From NCBI GenBank assembly GCA_047495785.1, contig JBLDXI010000001.1:2728001-2792000 (forward strand): DNA of 64,000 bases, in the 5' to 3' direction. A program made the translations under genes and the position numbers. The notes under the pieces were generated by a model that did not search any database, was not told the origin of the DNA, and saw only the letters and a list, made by a program, of their open reading frames with translations. Every line of letters starts with the position of its first letter. Within the stretch, counting starts at the first letter, position 1. Source of the stretch: Lepidodermella squamata (taxonomy: Eukaryota; Animalia; Gastrotricha). Positions 22,961-35,100 of the stretch are shown in pieces.

Positions 22961-24927
22961 TTAGGCCTTGGGAACTGGAGTCGGAGCAGGCGCTGGAGCA
23001 GGAGAAGCGCTGCCTTTGCCGCCCGTGTATTGCTTCAAGTAATCAGCGACCTCTTTGCGATCGAACTTGATGGCATCGTCCAGAGGTGTGAAATTCCAAC
23101 GATCCTTTGGAGTAGGATTGACGTGGCTAACAATTAAACAAGATGAACAAAATCACTGAATTAAAGACAGGACCTACCATTTCTCCAGTAAAAACTTGGC
23201 GACTTCGACGTGACCCTCAGCTGCAGCCAAATGGAGAGCAGTACTAGTAAATATAGAATTTGTTTTTAAATTTTCTAAAAAAAAAAATGCTCAAGCTACT
23301 AACCGGCCATCGTAATCGCTCTGAGAAACATCCATGCCCTAAATCGATAAAGTGGTTAGAAACCTGCCAAGCATAGCTAATTTTTTCAATTTTACCTGAA
23401 GATAAAAGCGGCGGAGAGCAGAAACATCACCATTAGCAGCACTGAAAAGGAGAGCAACGACCTGGTTTGACTGGCTCTGAATTTCGCGGCGGCGCGGGTC
23501 ATATTTCTGCTGGGTGTGGCGCAAATTGTCGTAGTTGTGGAAGTTGAAAACGCGAACGATGTCCTCGCAGAAGCGAATACCGCGAACTGAGTTGCCCATT
23601 TCATCAAGAGGCGGTGACCACGTGCAAATTCCCATGACGTTGGGAACAACGAGCAGGATGACACCGGAAACGCCCGATTTCGCGGGGAGACCGACCTTGA
23701 ACGCAAATTGACCCGAATAATCGTACATACCGCACGAGTGCATCAGAGATAGGGTGTTTCGAACGGCTTCGCCGGTCAAAACACGCTCGCCTGTCAGAGG
23801 GCAAATACCTCCATTGGCCAGGGTGGCTGCGATAACGCTCGAAGAGTCAGCATTAGCTTCAACAGAGCAAAGCTGGAAGTATAGGTCCAGGGTGTCGTGG
23901 AGGCGGGCATCCTTCGGGAAAACCTTGTTTTCCTGCATGTAATAACCAAGAGCGAAATTTCGGTCAGCGGTTTCGCGCTCAGAAAGGAAAGTCGAGTTGC
24001 TGAAGCCGATGTACTCGCCGCCAGCTAAACGGCGGTATTCGTTGAAGACATAATCGAAACGATCGGCGATCGACCAGCTTGTTTTGAGGAGAGAGCAGGT
24101 AGCAATAGCACCGGCGTTAATCATAGGATTGTGAGGCTTGTTGTGATGGTCCAATGAGAGTTCATTAAATGACCGACCGCTTGGCTCCTGACCGACATGT
24201 TCATGGACTTCGGAAGCAGTCAAGTCATTCAATGCAATTGCGTAGTTGAGAGGCTTGCTGGATGATTGAAGGCAGAAGGGAATCCGGGTATCACCAATAG
24301 AATACCTCTGACCATCAACAGTACAAACGGTAACAGCCCTAAAATTCAGCACTCATTCAAAAAAGAACTAAACCAAGTCATTATTTCTTACCAATAATTC
24401 GGGTCAAAGCGAGACAGCTGAGGGATATAATCAGCGACCTTGCCACCCTTGCAATCCTTGCATTTGTAGTACATTTCTTCGATGACTTTGGTGAAACGCT
24501 GAAATTCCGGGATGATGAATTCACCCTCAAGAGCTTGGCAAATCAGCTCGCAATTCTCCTGAATGCAATCAATAAATTGCTCGCGGGTAAGTTGAATGCC
24601 TTCGGCTGTTAGAACATCCTCGGCAAAATCCGAAGTGGCTGTTTTGCGATATTCCGACAATTTCTTAAAAAATTGGCGAAGACGAGGGTCTGATTTGCGA
24701 AGACCGGTATGGAACAGCAGCTGAATAAAACGATTCATTGCAACCATCTCAGTTTTCTCATTTTTCATTAGTTCGAATAGCAGTTCTAATTTACGAGCGT
24801 CCGTGGCTGAATTGAGCTCTTGAGATCTAATTGCAGTGAACATTAGCCGGCTTTACACTTCAAAAAACTTCATTGAAACTTACACTTTCTTCAGCATCTC
24901 GTCCATCTCTTTCTTAGTAGTAGACAT
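22961..24927 (-). CDS. GLS: Glutaminase (GLS family, C-terminal ankyrin repeats); exons 24927-24884, 24825-24392, 24338-23396, 23338-23304, 23243-23178, 23126-22961
   Basis: Motifs [71 protein letters not shown] and [12 protein letters not shown]. Confidence 0.96.
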
Positions 24928-25720
24928 AATTTCCAATCACTGATACGAAACCTATAAAATATGGGAAAATGTTAATTCTGCCAACTAACAAACAGAAAAG
25001 ATTTTGGGGATAGCACCGAGCAGATTGATGCATCTGCTTCAAATTAATTCTATTTGCATCGGACCTTCGTCAAACAATCAAGCTTAGCCATGGAAAAGAT
25101 TATGCGTTGATAGGGAAAGATGAATCAACTCATATCAGAGGATCAGAGATCAGAGGACAGAAAGGTCCATTCTGAAGAGTTGGATGACTTGGGAAATTTA
25201 AGAAATGCACAAAGCAACACTACTTTCCAATTTCGATAGATTCAGAAAAATCGATCAAGGTAAAGGTAGGTAAGCTTCGATTTCTTGTTCCTTTTCCTAA
25301 ACCAAAAACATTCTGCGAAAAAACAGTCGTTCAGTTAAGCTAGAATCAGTCTTAAAGCAACCATTCTAAACAGGTACGTCAAATAAAAAAATAACAGTGT
25401 AACACTCGAGGGATTGTATAACGCTAGATAAATTTAGAATTTCACGGAACGCGACCGTAAAATGACATCTTAAGATTTTGAACGTAAAACGACACATCCG
25501 CAAAGTTAACAAGGCTCTATTACTTCAAATTTTCGATATTCGACTGTGTGGATACGAGTTAAAAAAATGTTAATACGTCATCAAATATAAAAAATCTTAA
25601 TTTTGGAAGGGGAAGCGATAGAATTGGGACAATGAAAACGAAAACGAAATCATGTCCCAATTATATTGCTCACAACTAATAATAAGTCAATCTAGTTGGG
25701 TGCAAGGAAGGGCGATTATC

Positions 25721-25749
25721 CCACATCCACATCCACATCCACATCCACA
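25721..25749. repeat. (CCACAT)n microsatellite
   Basis: About 5 tandem hexamer units. Confidence 0.85.
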
Positions 25750-26368
25750 CATATCATAAAAACGCATCAGCCCAAACATCAAACCTCTCTTGTTCACGGC
25801 GATGAGGTTTGAGGGTAGGTATCTGGAGGAGTGGCAAAAAATGACCTGTGTGCGTGCAAGGAAAAAACTAAGAACCACAGATGAGATCGACCTCGTTTTT
25901 TGCCAAAACTGTCAAGGTCGAATTTTATTTTCGATAAATTGCAACATCAAAACGTGGAAAATAAAATTGTAGCAGTGCTGATGATTTCGCTCGGCTGATA
26001 TTCGGATATTTGTTAATAAATGATTTTTTTAGTTCGAGTTTTCTGGAATTGCCAGTTTTTCATCCTCGGGCCGTAGGCTGTGTGGTTAGTTCATTCTGAT
26101 TTATCGATTCAACAAATTAGAAATTAGATTTCCCCTTGTAGCCTATGACCGATGCTATCGATTTTGCATTTGTTAGCTTAGCAGTTTTTACAGCTATCGA
26201 TAGCACCCGTGAAAACCATCAACTGTGATGATCGGGCTGCTCTATCATCTCAACCCTCAGCCTATGAATACCACCATAATTGGTGACTGAGCTTTAAATC
26301 CATCCATCCATTCATTAGCCTCGTATACATCTCTATAAGTTATCATAGACACAACAAAAAGAACTTAC

Positions 26369-26412
26369 CTCAAATACCGCCGCCTGAAACCAGAAGACAA
26401 GAGCATCTGCAT
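26369..26412 (-). CDS. GLS: Alternative upstream first exon of glutaminase encoding a mitochondrial-presequence-like peptide (MQMLLSSGFRRRYLR|)
   Basis: 44-nt ATG-initiated exon ending in a consensus AG|GTAAGT phase-2 donor, compatible with the exon-2 acceptor at 24825. Confidence 0.62.
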
Positions 26413-26883
26413 TTTATATTTTTATATTGATCCTGCTACAAACCAACATTCATCACAATTGTTTTCTTTGTTGAGCTATCTTCTTTTTTATACATATAAG
26501 TTACATGATGTTTTATAACTATCTAATCTTGTGTACAGTTTAAATCGAACCTAACTAATCCATTGTCTTTTTTTACAGCTGAGCTTTCCAACTTTTTCTA
26601 AAAACGGATGAATGGCTCATAAATAAATAAAATAAATAAATAAATATCAATTACGCTGGCTAGATTACTTCTGTTAGGACAAACGGCACCCATTTTCGCT
26701 CTTCGCTCTAGCTGTATCTCGGTGCCTCGAGTGTAGCTACCTCTACCTTTCTGTTGGTATTTGTTGGTCTTATTTCGTATAGGTTTCATTATTACCCATT
26801 TGGTCATCTATGTATATTATTTTCAATTGCGTTGTATTTGTTTCATTCTTTAGTCTATTGACTTGACTCTTGCGAGTACACTT

Positions 26884-28627
26884 ATGGCTGGCGATTTTGC
26901 CAAGCTCCTCGACAAAGCTAAGAAAAACTATGTTCAGCAGCAGCAGAAGGTGATATTTCTTGCTAAAACTATAATTGAGTGTTTACGCCTTTTCTTATCC
27001 AGTTTCATAAGGTAGCAACTTCCATGGTAGATTTGCGCGGCACTGCTCCTGCTGAAGCGAAGAAGACGACCCCTGTGACGAAAAACCCTGCTCAAAGCAC
27101 ATCCAGTAAGACTGAGTTGAATCCTTTCAATAACATAAATTTGCATTTTTAATCAGGTGGTCACAATGGTCTCGCTTCCTCGATATCGGCAATCAGAGAC
27201 AATCATCTCAAAAACGTTGCCAAGTAACATTGATGACGATACTTTTTTAATTTGGCAGTTCACAATTTTGCTTCCAGGAAAGTTGAAGACATCCAGAAGG
27301 CCAAAAAGCTAGAAGAAAAGAAACGAGCTGCAGCTGCTGCTGAGCAGCGAGCCTTACAAGCCCAAAGTGCTCCGAGGCCGTCAAACAAACCTGCGGCTCA
27401 AGGAGTTGACTTCAACGTGAGTGTCACCCTTCGCCAAATAATTGTCTTTTTTATCAATGAGCTGTGATTAGAAATTAATGCAAGTCGCCCAAAAAAATGC
27501 TGCCGCCAAAGCTAACCCTGGAAGCATGGCAGCAAGTTTTCAGAAGGAAGTTAATCAGCTGATGAGAAAGACGTCGGCTAGCAACGGCCCTATCCCTCCA
27601 AAAAATGGTGCGGTTTCATCACTGAATCGGATTCCTAAGAAACCGTCTGCTGCGCCGAGCTTTAATGTAATTTTTCTTTTTAACACATGTAACTCGGTTT
27701 TTTATCTAACGCTTAATATAGGATATAATGCAAAAAGCCCAGTCTAATCTGTCTGGCGGGACTACAGGCAAAGTCAAGGTGTCTAATATCACTAATAAAC
27801 CTTCCTCAGCAACAGCGCCCGTCAGGAAAAGTACCTCGGCTGCGGTTGGCGTTTCACTCAAATCGCGGAGTGCTATTACTAAAACGGCTAAAACAACTAA
27901 CGGGGTGTCACGTACCAGCAGTATTTCTACTTCCAAAAAAGTCACTACTACTACTACTACTACTAAAGCAGCGAAAAACGTGGCAACGCCAAGCAAAAAC
28001 CTCTCAAATGGAAAACCGCTGGCCAACAAAACTGTGGTTAACGGCGTTTCCCGGCCTGCGACCAGCATGGGGAGACCAAACCAACTACCGACACAAGCTA
28101 AATCAAAAGTTCAATCAGTGCCGGCGAAAGCTGCTCCCTCTCTAACTCAAGCTCCGATGAGGAAGCCTTCGATTCCACAAAGAGCACCTGAACGGCCGAA
28201 AACATCTGGTTACTACACCGCCCCGAGAGAAAAGCCGTTACTTCCGTTCTTGGAACAGGCGGTACCTGTCAAACGGAAATCGGCGCCGGTTAACGATTAC
28301 TACGCTGATGAGGAGGATTCAGATCTGGACGGATTTATTGTAGACGATGACGAGGTTGATGGCGAGTATCATCCGGTCTCAAACGTGTCAAAATTAATCA
28401 GAGAAATCACTGGTTACGACCCGAGTCAATTCGAAGATGACGAAGACGATTGTAGGAACATGGAAGCTAGTTATAAGGACATCGTTCGAGAAGAAGCAAT
28501 CAGTGCGAAAATAGCGCGCAAGGAAGATCTCGAAGATATGCGGCTGGAGGAAGAACGGAACAAGAGGAAATTGATGAAAAAACTGGAGATGGAAAAGGCC
28601 GCGAAGAAAATGAAATTGTCTTCCTGA
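26884..28627 (+). CDS. SPTY2D1: SPT2 homolog (histone chaperone/transcription elongation), multi-exon
   Basis: N-terminus MAGDFAKLLDKAKKN. C-terminus EEDSDLDGFIVDDD...SKLIREITGYDPSQF...CRNMEASYKDIVREEAISAKIARKEDLED matches the SPT2 domain. Confidence 0.9.
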
Positions 28628-29039
28628 TGATTGTTAAGAAAAACATAACCAAGTCAACTTATTTCCATCTCTCTCTCGCGTTTCTCTGAATCTTACAACG
28701 CGACAAAGTGGCTTTCATCGATACGTGTCACTCTTAGTCTTTCGGCCATAGCAGTTAATTTCAGTTCTTGATTGATTGAGTTAGCGGAGGAATATTTGTC
28801 AAATTGACATTCAAGATCAGGAATATAATTGCTTGCCTTTTGTATAAAATGTTACTTCCTCTTTGGTCCGGGAAAGTAAATGAGACGCTGTAATCGTCAT
28901 TTATGAGCTAGTTCAGACCTTGTTGTTGTTTTCGTTTTTTCGAATACTATTGACCAATGCTGACTCGCGTGAGAAGCGAGCCGTGTAACAAATGCGATAT
29001 TTTACTGGCATAATTTTAACATTTTATTTTCAATTTTAG

Positions 29040-29767
29040 GTTGCTTTAAAAGGCTTAGAAATTCAGCCGCACCAGCAACCTCCAGCCCTGATACCCGCCC
29101 CGTTTCCTTATAACAACAACATTCCATTCAATGTTGCTCCGCTGATTCAGCGAATAAATTTGAACTCAACAAACGAAATGCCTCCTGCTCACTCATCGCA
29201 ACGATTTGTCAGAGCGACAAAGCCGTTGAAGTCGATTACTTCAGAAGAACCTGTCGGAATGGTTTCGTTTGAAAATCGAACAGCCTCGACATCGGCCGAG
29301 CTGTTTTGGCTTGATTTTCAGGGTCGGCGAATTTTTTATTGCACGCTGTTGCCCCGGTATCACTTCACGGTTACTACGTTCAAAACGCATCCTTGGGTTT
29401 GCTTTGATTCGAAATCTGGCCGGTTCCTTCACATGAATGGTAAGATTTTTAAATTTCCGAACAAATTCGATAATTTTAAATAATTTTAGGTGAGTACGTT
29501 TATTATCCTGAAAATTCTGTCGGAGATGCAATGCCGCACGAATTAATGGACGAACCCGATATAGTTGTGGCAATCACAGTGCCACTGACTTCGCTTCAAG
29601 AACTCGCAATGGCTGCTGTTCGGAGGTCGTTTACGCTCAAACAAGTGAAAGCTGCTTACAAAGATAAAAAATCACCGCTCAGATTATTTCCTCGACTATA
29701 CGACACGCTAGTGGAACGCTACAAGCCTTTAAATTTTTTGACCCTAGCTGACCTTGGCGTGTCTTGA
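29040..29767 (+). CDS. VHL: von Hippel-Lindau-like E3 substrate receptor (beta domain plus BC-box); start uncertain (28957, acceptor 29040, or Met 29178); intron at ~29440-29489
   Basis: Motifs LKSITSEEPVGMVSFENRT...LFWLDFQGRRIFYCTLLP...TTFKTHPWV and ITVPLTSLQELAMAAVR. Confidence 0.85.
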
Positions 29768-30070
29768 AAAAGCATATTATTTTTTCATCTTGTTGTTAAT
29801 ACCTATTATTATTTTTCTATACAAGCATAAAATGCATTACCTATCTGTGCACGATATGACAAGGTAAAATAATATTCAGTTATGGTTTTTTTACTATTAC
29901 AGTTCCTACCCAACTTTTTATTTACATTATTTGTAAACGTGGCAGTCGTAATACTTGAATTACTGTATTATTGTAATACAAGCAATGAAAGAACAATAAA
30001 TTCTCATATTTAAATTGTTTTCGTTGATAAAAACTCCTTATTTTGTTGTACATTAGAAAATACCTGAGAA

Positions 30071-31383
30071 ATGTCTTCAGGCCTATGGGGTGAATGGCCG
30101 TCGTGGCAAATGTGGCAGGAAAGCATACAACGTGACGTTGATGAAAAAGTTGGTAAAAAATACGTCACATGTGTTCAAATAAGAGAAGCACGCTATTTTT
30201 TGCTGTGTAGATAATTGGCCACGGTCTGCTCACTCAACTAACCAAGCTCAGCCGTGAAGTGTTTTCCCTGCAGGATGACGGCGTGTCAACCCGGCAAAAA
30301 ACACCCGCCTCGAATCTTCTCAGCCGCTTAGAGCTGTTACTCACGCTCGCATGGGAGCATTTGAACACTGGCCGGTGGTCGGAGGTTCCACGTGCGTGGC
30401 GCTACCTTTATGCCTACTCGAGCCTGCTGAAAGCTCGAGTGATGATTACATCGCACGGTGACGTCACGGGCGGATTGAAGGCCGTTGACATGGCTATTTT
30501 GATGGGCGCACCAATATTTCATAATTACCTGCCAGAAATCGCCGAAAAAATTCACGCTGAAGTAACAAACAAATCAGCCTTAATAAATTACGATTTCGAA
30601 AATGAAATTTCCGATGAAAAAAATATTCCGAAACTACCAGAAGTCGTTCTAGGTAACCACAGGGAATTGAGGCGGATAAAAAATTTATCGGTCACAGATT
30701 TTATGCTGAATTATTTCGATTTGCAACAGCCTTGTATCATCGAGGGATTAGCGCGCGAATGGCCAGCGTTCGATAAGTGGCAGAATTTGTCGTATTTCCG
30801 AAGAACTTGCGGCTTTCGAACCGTTCCGGTCGAAATCGGTCAGCGATATACTGACAGTGATTGGGGTCAGAGGCTCATCACGGTTAAGGACTTCATCGAA
30901 AACCACGTTGTCAAGGATAATCCGGCGTATTTAGCTCAACATCAATTGCTTGACCAAATTCCTGAATTGAAAAGGGACATCGTTGTCCCCGATTTCTGTT
31001 TCGTTTCTGATGAAAATATGGATGATGATGATGAGACCCGGGTTGAAATCAACGCCTGGTTTGGTCCGAAAACTGTTTCTCCCCTCCATCAAGATCCGAA
31101 AGACAACATTCTGACGCAAGTTGTCGGGCGAAAATACGTTCACCTGTTTGATCCGAAAGAGAGCGAGCTGTTGTACCCATTCCCTGCTGACCAAATGCTC
31201 AGTAATACCAGCCAAATCGATTTATTAAACGTCGATTACGACAAATTTCCCGAGTTCGCTGATGTTAAATCTGGTCAATTCGGCTTCCTGGAACCGGGCG
31301 ATGGTTTGTACATCCCGAAAAAGTGGTGGCATTTTATTTCATCCACCTCTAAATGGTCTTGTTCAGTGTCTTTCTGGTTTTAA
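30071..31383 (+). CDS. KDM8: JmjC 2-oxoglutarate oxygenase JMJD5/KDM8; second exon starts at 30211
   Basis: Motifs AWEHLNTGRWSEV, RTVPVEIGQRYTDSDW, YLAQHQLLDQIPELKRDI, SPLHQDPKDN and WWHF. Confidence 0.94.
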
Positions 31384-31619
31384 CAATAATAAAAAATACG
31401 GACGTTCTAGCAGACATTTTCTTTATTTCTTGCTTTTTTCAACCATCGATTCGGCCGTGACACATAAAGACAACTACAATTTTTTCATCAAATTTTGGTA
31501 TAACAGAGTTGACTCGTTTTTATCATGTTCAGAAAGCAATACCGGCGATTTTTCATCAAACAGCGGATCAGATACTCAAGCCGATCCATTTTTGTGTATT
31601 TCATGTTACAAGAGATAGC

Positions 31620-31650
31620 GAGAGAGAGAGAGAGAAAAAGAGAGAAAAGA
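31620..31650. repeat. (AG)n-rich simple repeat in the convergent 3' UTR region
   Basis: GAGAGAGAGAGAGAGAAAAAGAGAGAAAAGA. Confidence 0.75.
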
Positions 31651-32171
31651 AACGACGTCTAGAGATGATGATGATGAAGACCCAAAATAGCGGAACGTGA
31701 CATCACTGATAACGAGCGACAGCCGATTTGATGATGCGGCCAATGCAAATTAGCGCGACAAAAAAGCGAGCCGACGACGTGTCTTTGAGATGGCACAAAA
31801 CTAAACACGACAAAATTTACTACCAATGAAAACGTTGCTATAAGCGTCCATATTTCCGTAACAGTTCGAACCTCCAAAAAAACGCAAGCTTCAAATGGAA
31901 AAATGAGAGGCGTGTTGATAAGAGTCTACAACAAGCAGTAGTTGATAGATCAGATCACGTGGCTAGTTGCAACGCAGACGAAAATCAACGAGTGGCTACG
32001 ATTTGTTACAATTTGTCATCCAGATTTTGAAACACATGTTTTCGTTTTCTACACACCCTGCGCATTGACGCTATGTTTTGTAATGTTTTTCTGTGAGTGA
32101 GATCTGATGGTGTATGTGACTTGCGCGAATCGTATAACAACAGCATCTCAAATTCCGAAGCTTGCGGCTAG

Positions 32172-35100
32172 CTATTTCGGCGTGCCCGATGAGCCTCGAA
32201 CGAGCCGGCGCAACAGCATGGCGGCGCGGCGATAGCGGCGATCACGTTGGCACGTGGCTGTGTGCAGTCGCAACAGAATACTGGCCTGCTCGAAGTTGTT
32301 CTGCTTCGACACTGATACTCCGAGCTTCTCCTTCGAATAAGACTCGTCAACTGGACGCGGTTCGCTCTGTATATCCTAAGATTGAAAATGAAAAAATTAA
32401 GAAACAGCCAAAAATGGGTGTGACTAGTATACCCTAAAATTGGGATTCCAGTCTAAATTTGAGGTTCCAAAACCAGACTTATCAACATTATGGTTTTTCG
32501 AGTTTAAGGCGCATAAATTTAGTCTTAAGGATGAAGAGTCAAGAAAATGACTTATGTCAGGTCCAAACTTGAAATATTACAGAAACCCGCATCACCTTAT
32601 ACAATTCTAACGGTAAATACTATATTTTGTAAAGTTTAAGGTGGCTTTTATTGACTCACCGGGGCTGTTTCCGCTGTGCTAGACGCCGCTACAAAAGCAG
32701 CGGCTGCCGAGGCGGCCAACTCGTAGAAGATGACAGCGGCATCGAGTCGTTCCATCTGCGCGAAAATCGCGCCTAAACGCGACGCAGCGGCAGCCGCGGC
32801 CGACTGGTTCGGGAATACAAGCGCACTCGCCGCCGCGACCAGCGAATGGGGCAGGTAGCCGAGGTGGCGAAGAAAATCAGATAGTTCCAGCAATGGAATC
32901 GCCGCAACGTTGGCGTGGCCGTGCGACGATGATGTTGCAACAGCTGCTGACAGGCAACGAGTTGCCTCTGCTGCATTGCCCCGCAACCGCCAGTACCGGG
33001 CAGCCAGGGTCAAAGGCAGCCAGCCATGCGCGTCGTCCGAGCAAACATTCGACCGGCTGCTATGATGCAAATGCGAGGCTAAAATCGCGGCCAAATGTCG
33101 ACTAGAGTCCAATTTCAACGAACTTTGCAACTGAGCGGCCCACGGTTGTAAATGAGTTTCAGGGTGGTAATGCAGATCAGAAATGGACGAAAACTGGAAA
33201 ATCGCCGAGAAGTTGGAATTTTTCGCATTTTCACTCGCGGGTGTTTTCAGCTCCGGTTTTAGGTAGGGCGGCGAGCACTCGCAGAACGGCTCGGAAAACG
33301 CCGAAGTTTTCGCCGGTTTCTTCGCTTGATCGGTGCTGCGAGACGATGCCAGGGCAACACCCGGCATTTGACACTCGGGATTAAGCCGGTCGAGCAAATT
33401 ATCCAGCTGACCCTCGGCCACAATCGCCAACGGATCGGGCAACTGAGCAGATTTCGCCTCAGTCACCGTTTTCGCCCCGTCCAAACTACACGCGGCGGTT
33501 GATGTAGTATAGCCGTTCGGATTTCCGGGCGAAACCGACCGTCTAACGGCTAATAGCAGCCGAATTCGATTTTCCAGGTCATCAGACTCGGCCAGCTGCT
33601 TCGGAATATGGAAAGCAAACGGGTCGGATAGGGTTGGCTTCAAACGCGGGGCGTTACTCGACCGCCGCGATAGATTCGAGACAACATTGGCGATGAATTT
33701 CGAAATCGTAGCCGGACTACGCGGGTAATCACCGGCCGGAATTGCGGTCATGTACTCACTTAAAGCTTGATCACAAGTCGTCTCGCCGCATTGCAGCGAA
33801 TCCAGCGAGCGGCGCAAGTCAAACTTCGGCTGAAGCGTTTCGACGAAATGCTTGGCTAGACTGTTAATACTCACGATATGCGGCATGAAAGCCTTACTGC
33901 TCGCACAATGCGGCGAAATGGTGCCATTTGCGAAAACTAGGCAAATTTCTAGCCGATTTACCACCTCCTCAGGCGGCGGGGGTATGGTTATCAGATGCGG
34001 ATCAGCCGTCAGTTTTCCATCGGGTGAAATGCTCAGCCTTGCATAGGGTATCGATGAATCGGAATATTCGACAACGAGCTGCTTTTTCAACGGTTGATTC
34101 TCACGATCTTCCGCCTTTTTCGACTCATCGCTCTCAACGGGTGGTTTTGAAGTTGTGGTTCGGACGTACAAATCCATAACTCGACCACTATTCGTGCGTG
34201 ATTCAAGCAGCGTCATAGTCCCGTCGAGAAAATCGAGGACAGGGAAGCCGTCCGGGGTTCTCACCTTACCATCATCACAACTCCCGCTTAATTCGCAGCT
34301 TTCATTTTGATTTTCAGATTTATCAGCTACCGAAACCATTCTCTGCCTCTGGTAACAGGCGATCGACTTCAAATGCCGTTCAGCCAGCTTAAAATCGGAT
34401 TTTTGGCGCAGAGATTTCGCAAAATGACTAATTGCGCCAAGCAAATCGCCCTTAACAGCCAGCATACAGCCCATGAAGTAGTTCGGCTCGGGGTCGAAAG
34501 GAGCAGCGGCCAACGCCTCAGTAATCGCATCTGTCGCCTCTTCAACGGCCGACAATCGATACATTAACCCAGACAACGCTGTTAGCGGCATGTCTCTAAA
34601 CGCGAGGGGAACATGCGAAATCGCCGCCTTAGCACAATCTGCCGCTTTATTCAACTGCCCCAACGAGTGCCAATACGTTATCGCCAGCGTTTCAACCAAC
34701 CAAAGCGGCATTTCGCCGTTCTTCTCAACTTCTAACGGGTTGCGATTCGACTGCAACGCCTGGGTCATTTCCTTAGCTAGCCTGCGGCCTAGAGTTGCTA
34801 TTAAGGTGGGTATCGCCGATTGACCACCAGCTGCCTTGATGCAGGTTGCGTTGCACCCAAGTGCTGCTAAGATTTCGAGTTGCAGCGAAGTCTCAGCAGG
34901 ACTAGGTGTTAGAGATTCAGCATCGTCCAGGTCTTCACTGGTCAGAAACCGGTTGATAAGCCACTCAGATGTCGCAAACGCGCCGACAGTTTTGCTTGAT
35001 TCATTCTTCGCAACCACACAAATTGGGTCGCTGCTACTGCTTGAAAACCACTTCTTATCACCAACCGCCGGAAACGCCGAGAAGTTGAAGCCTTTATTCA

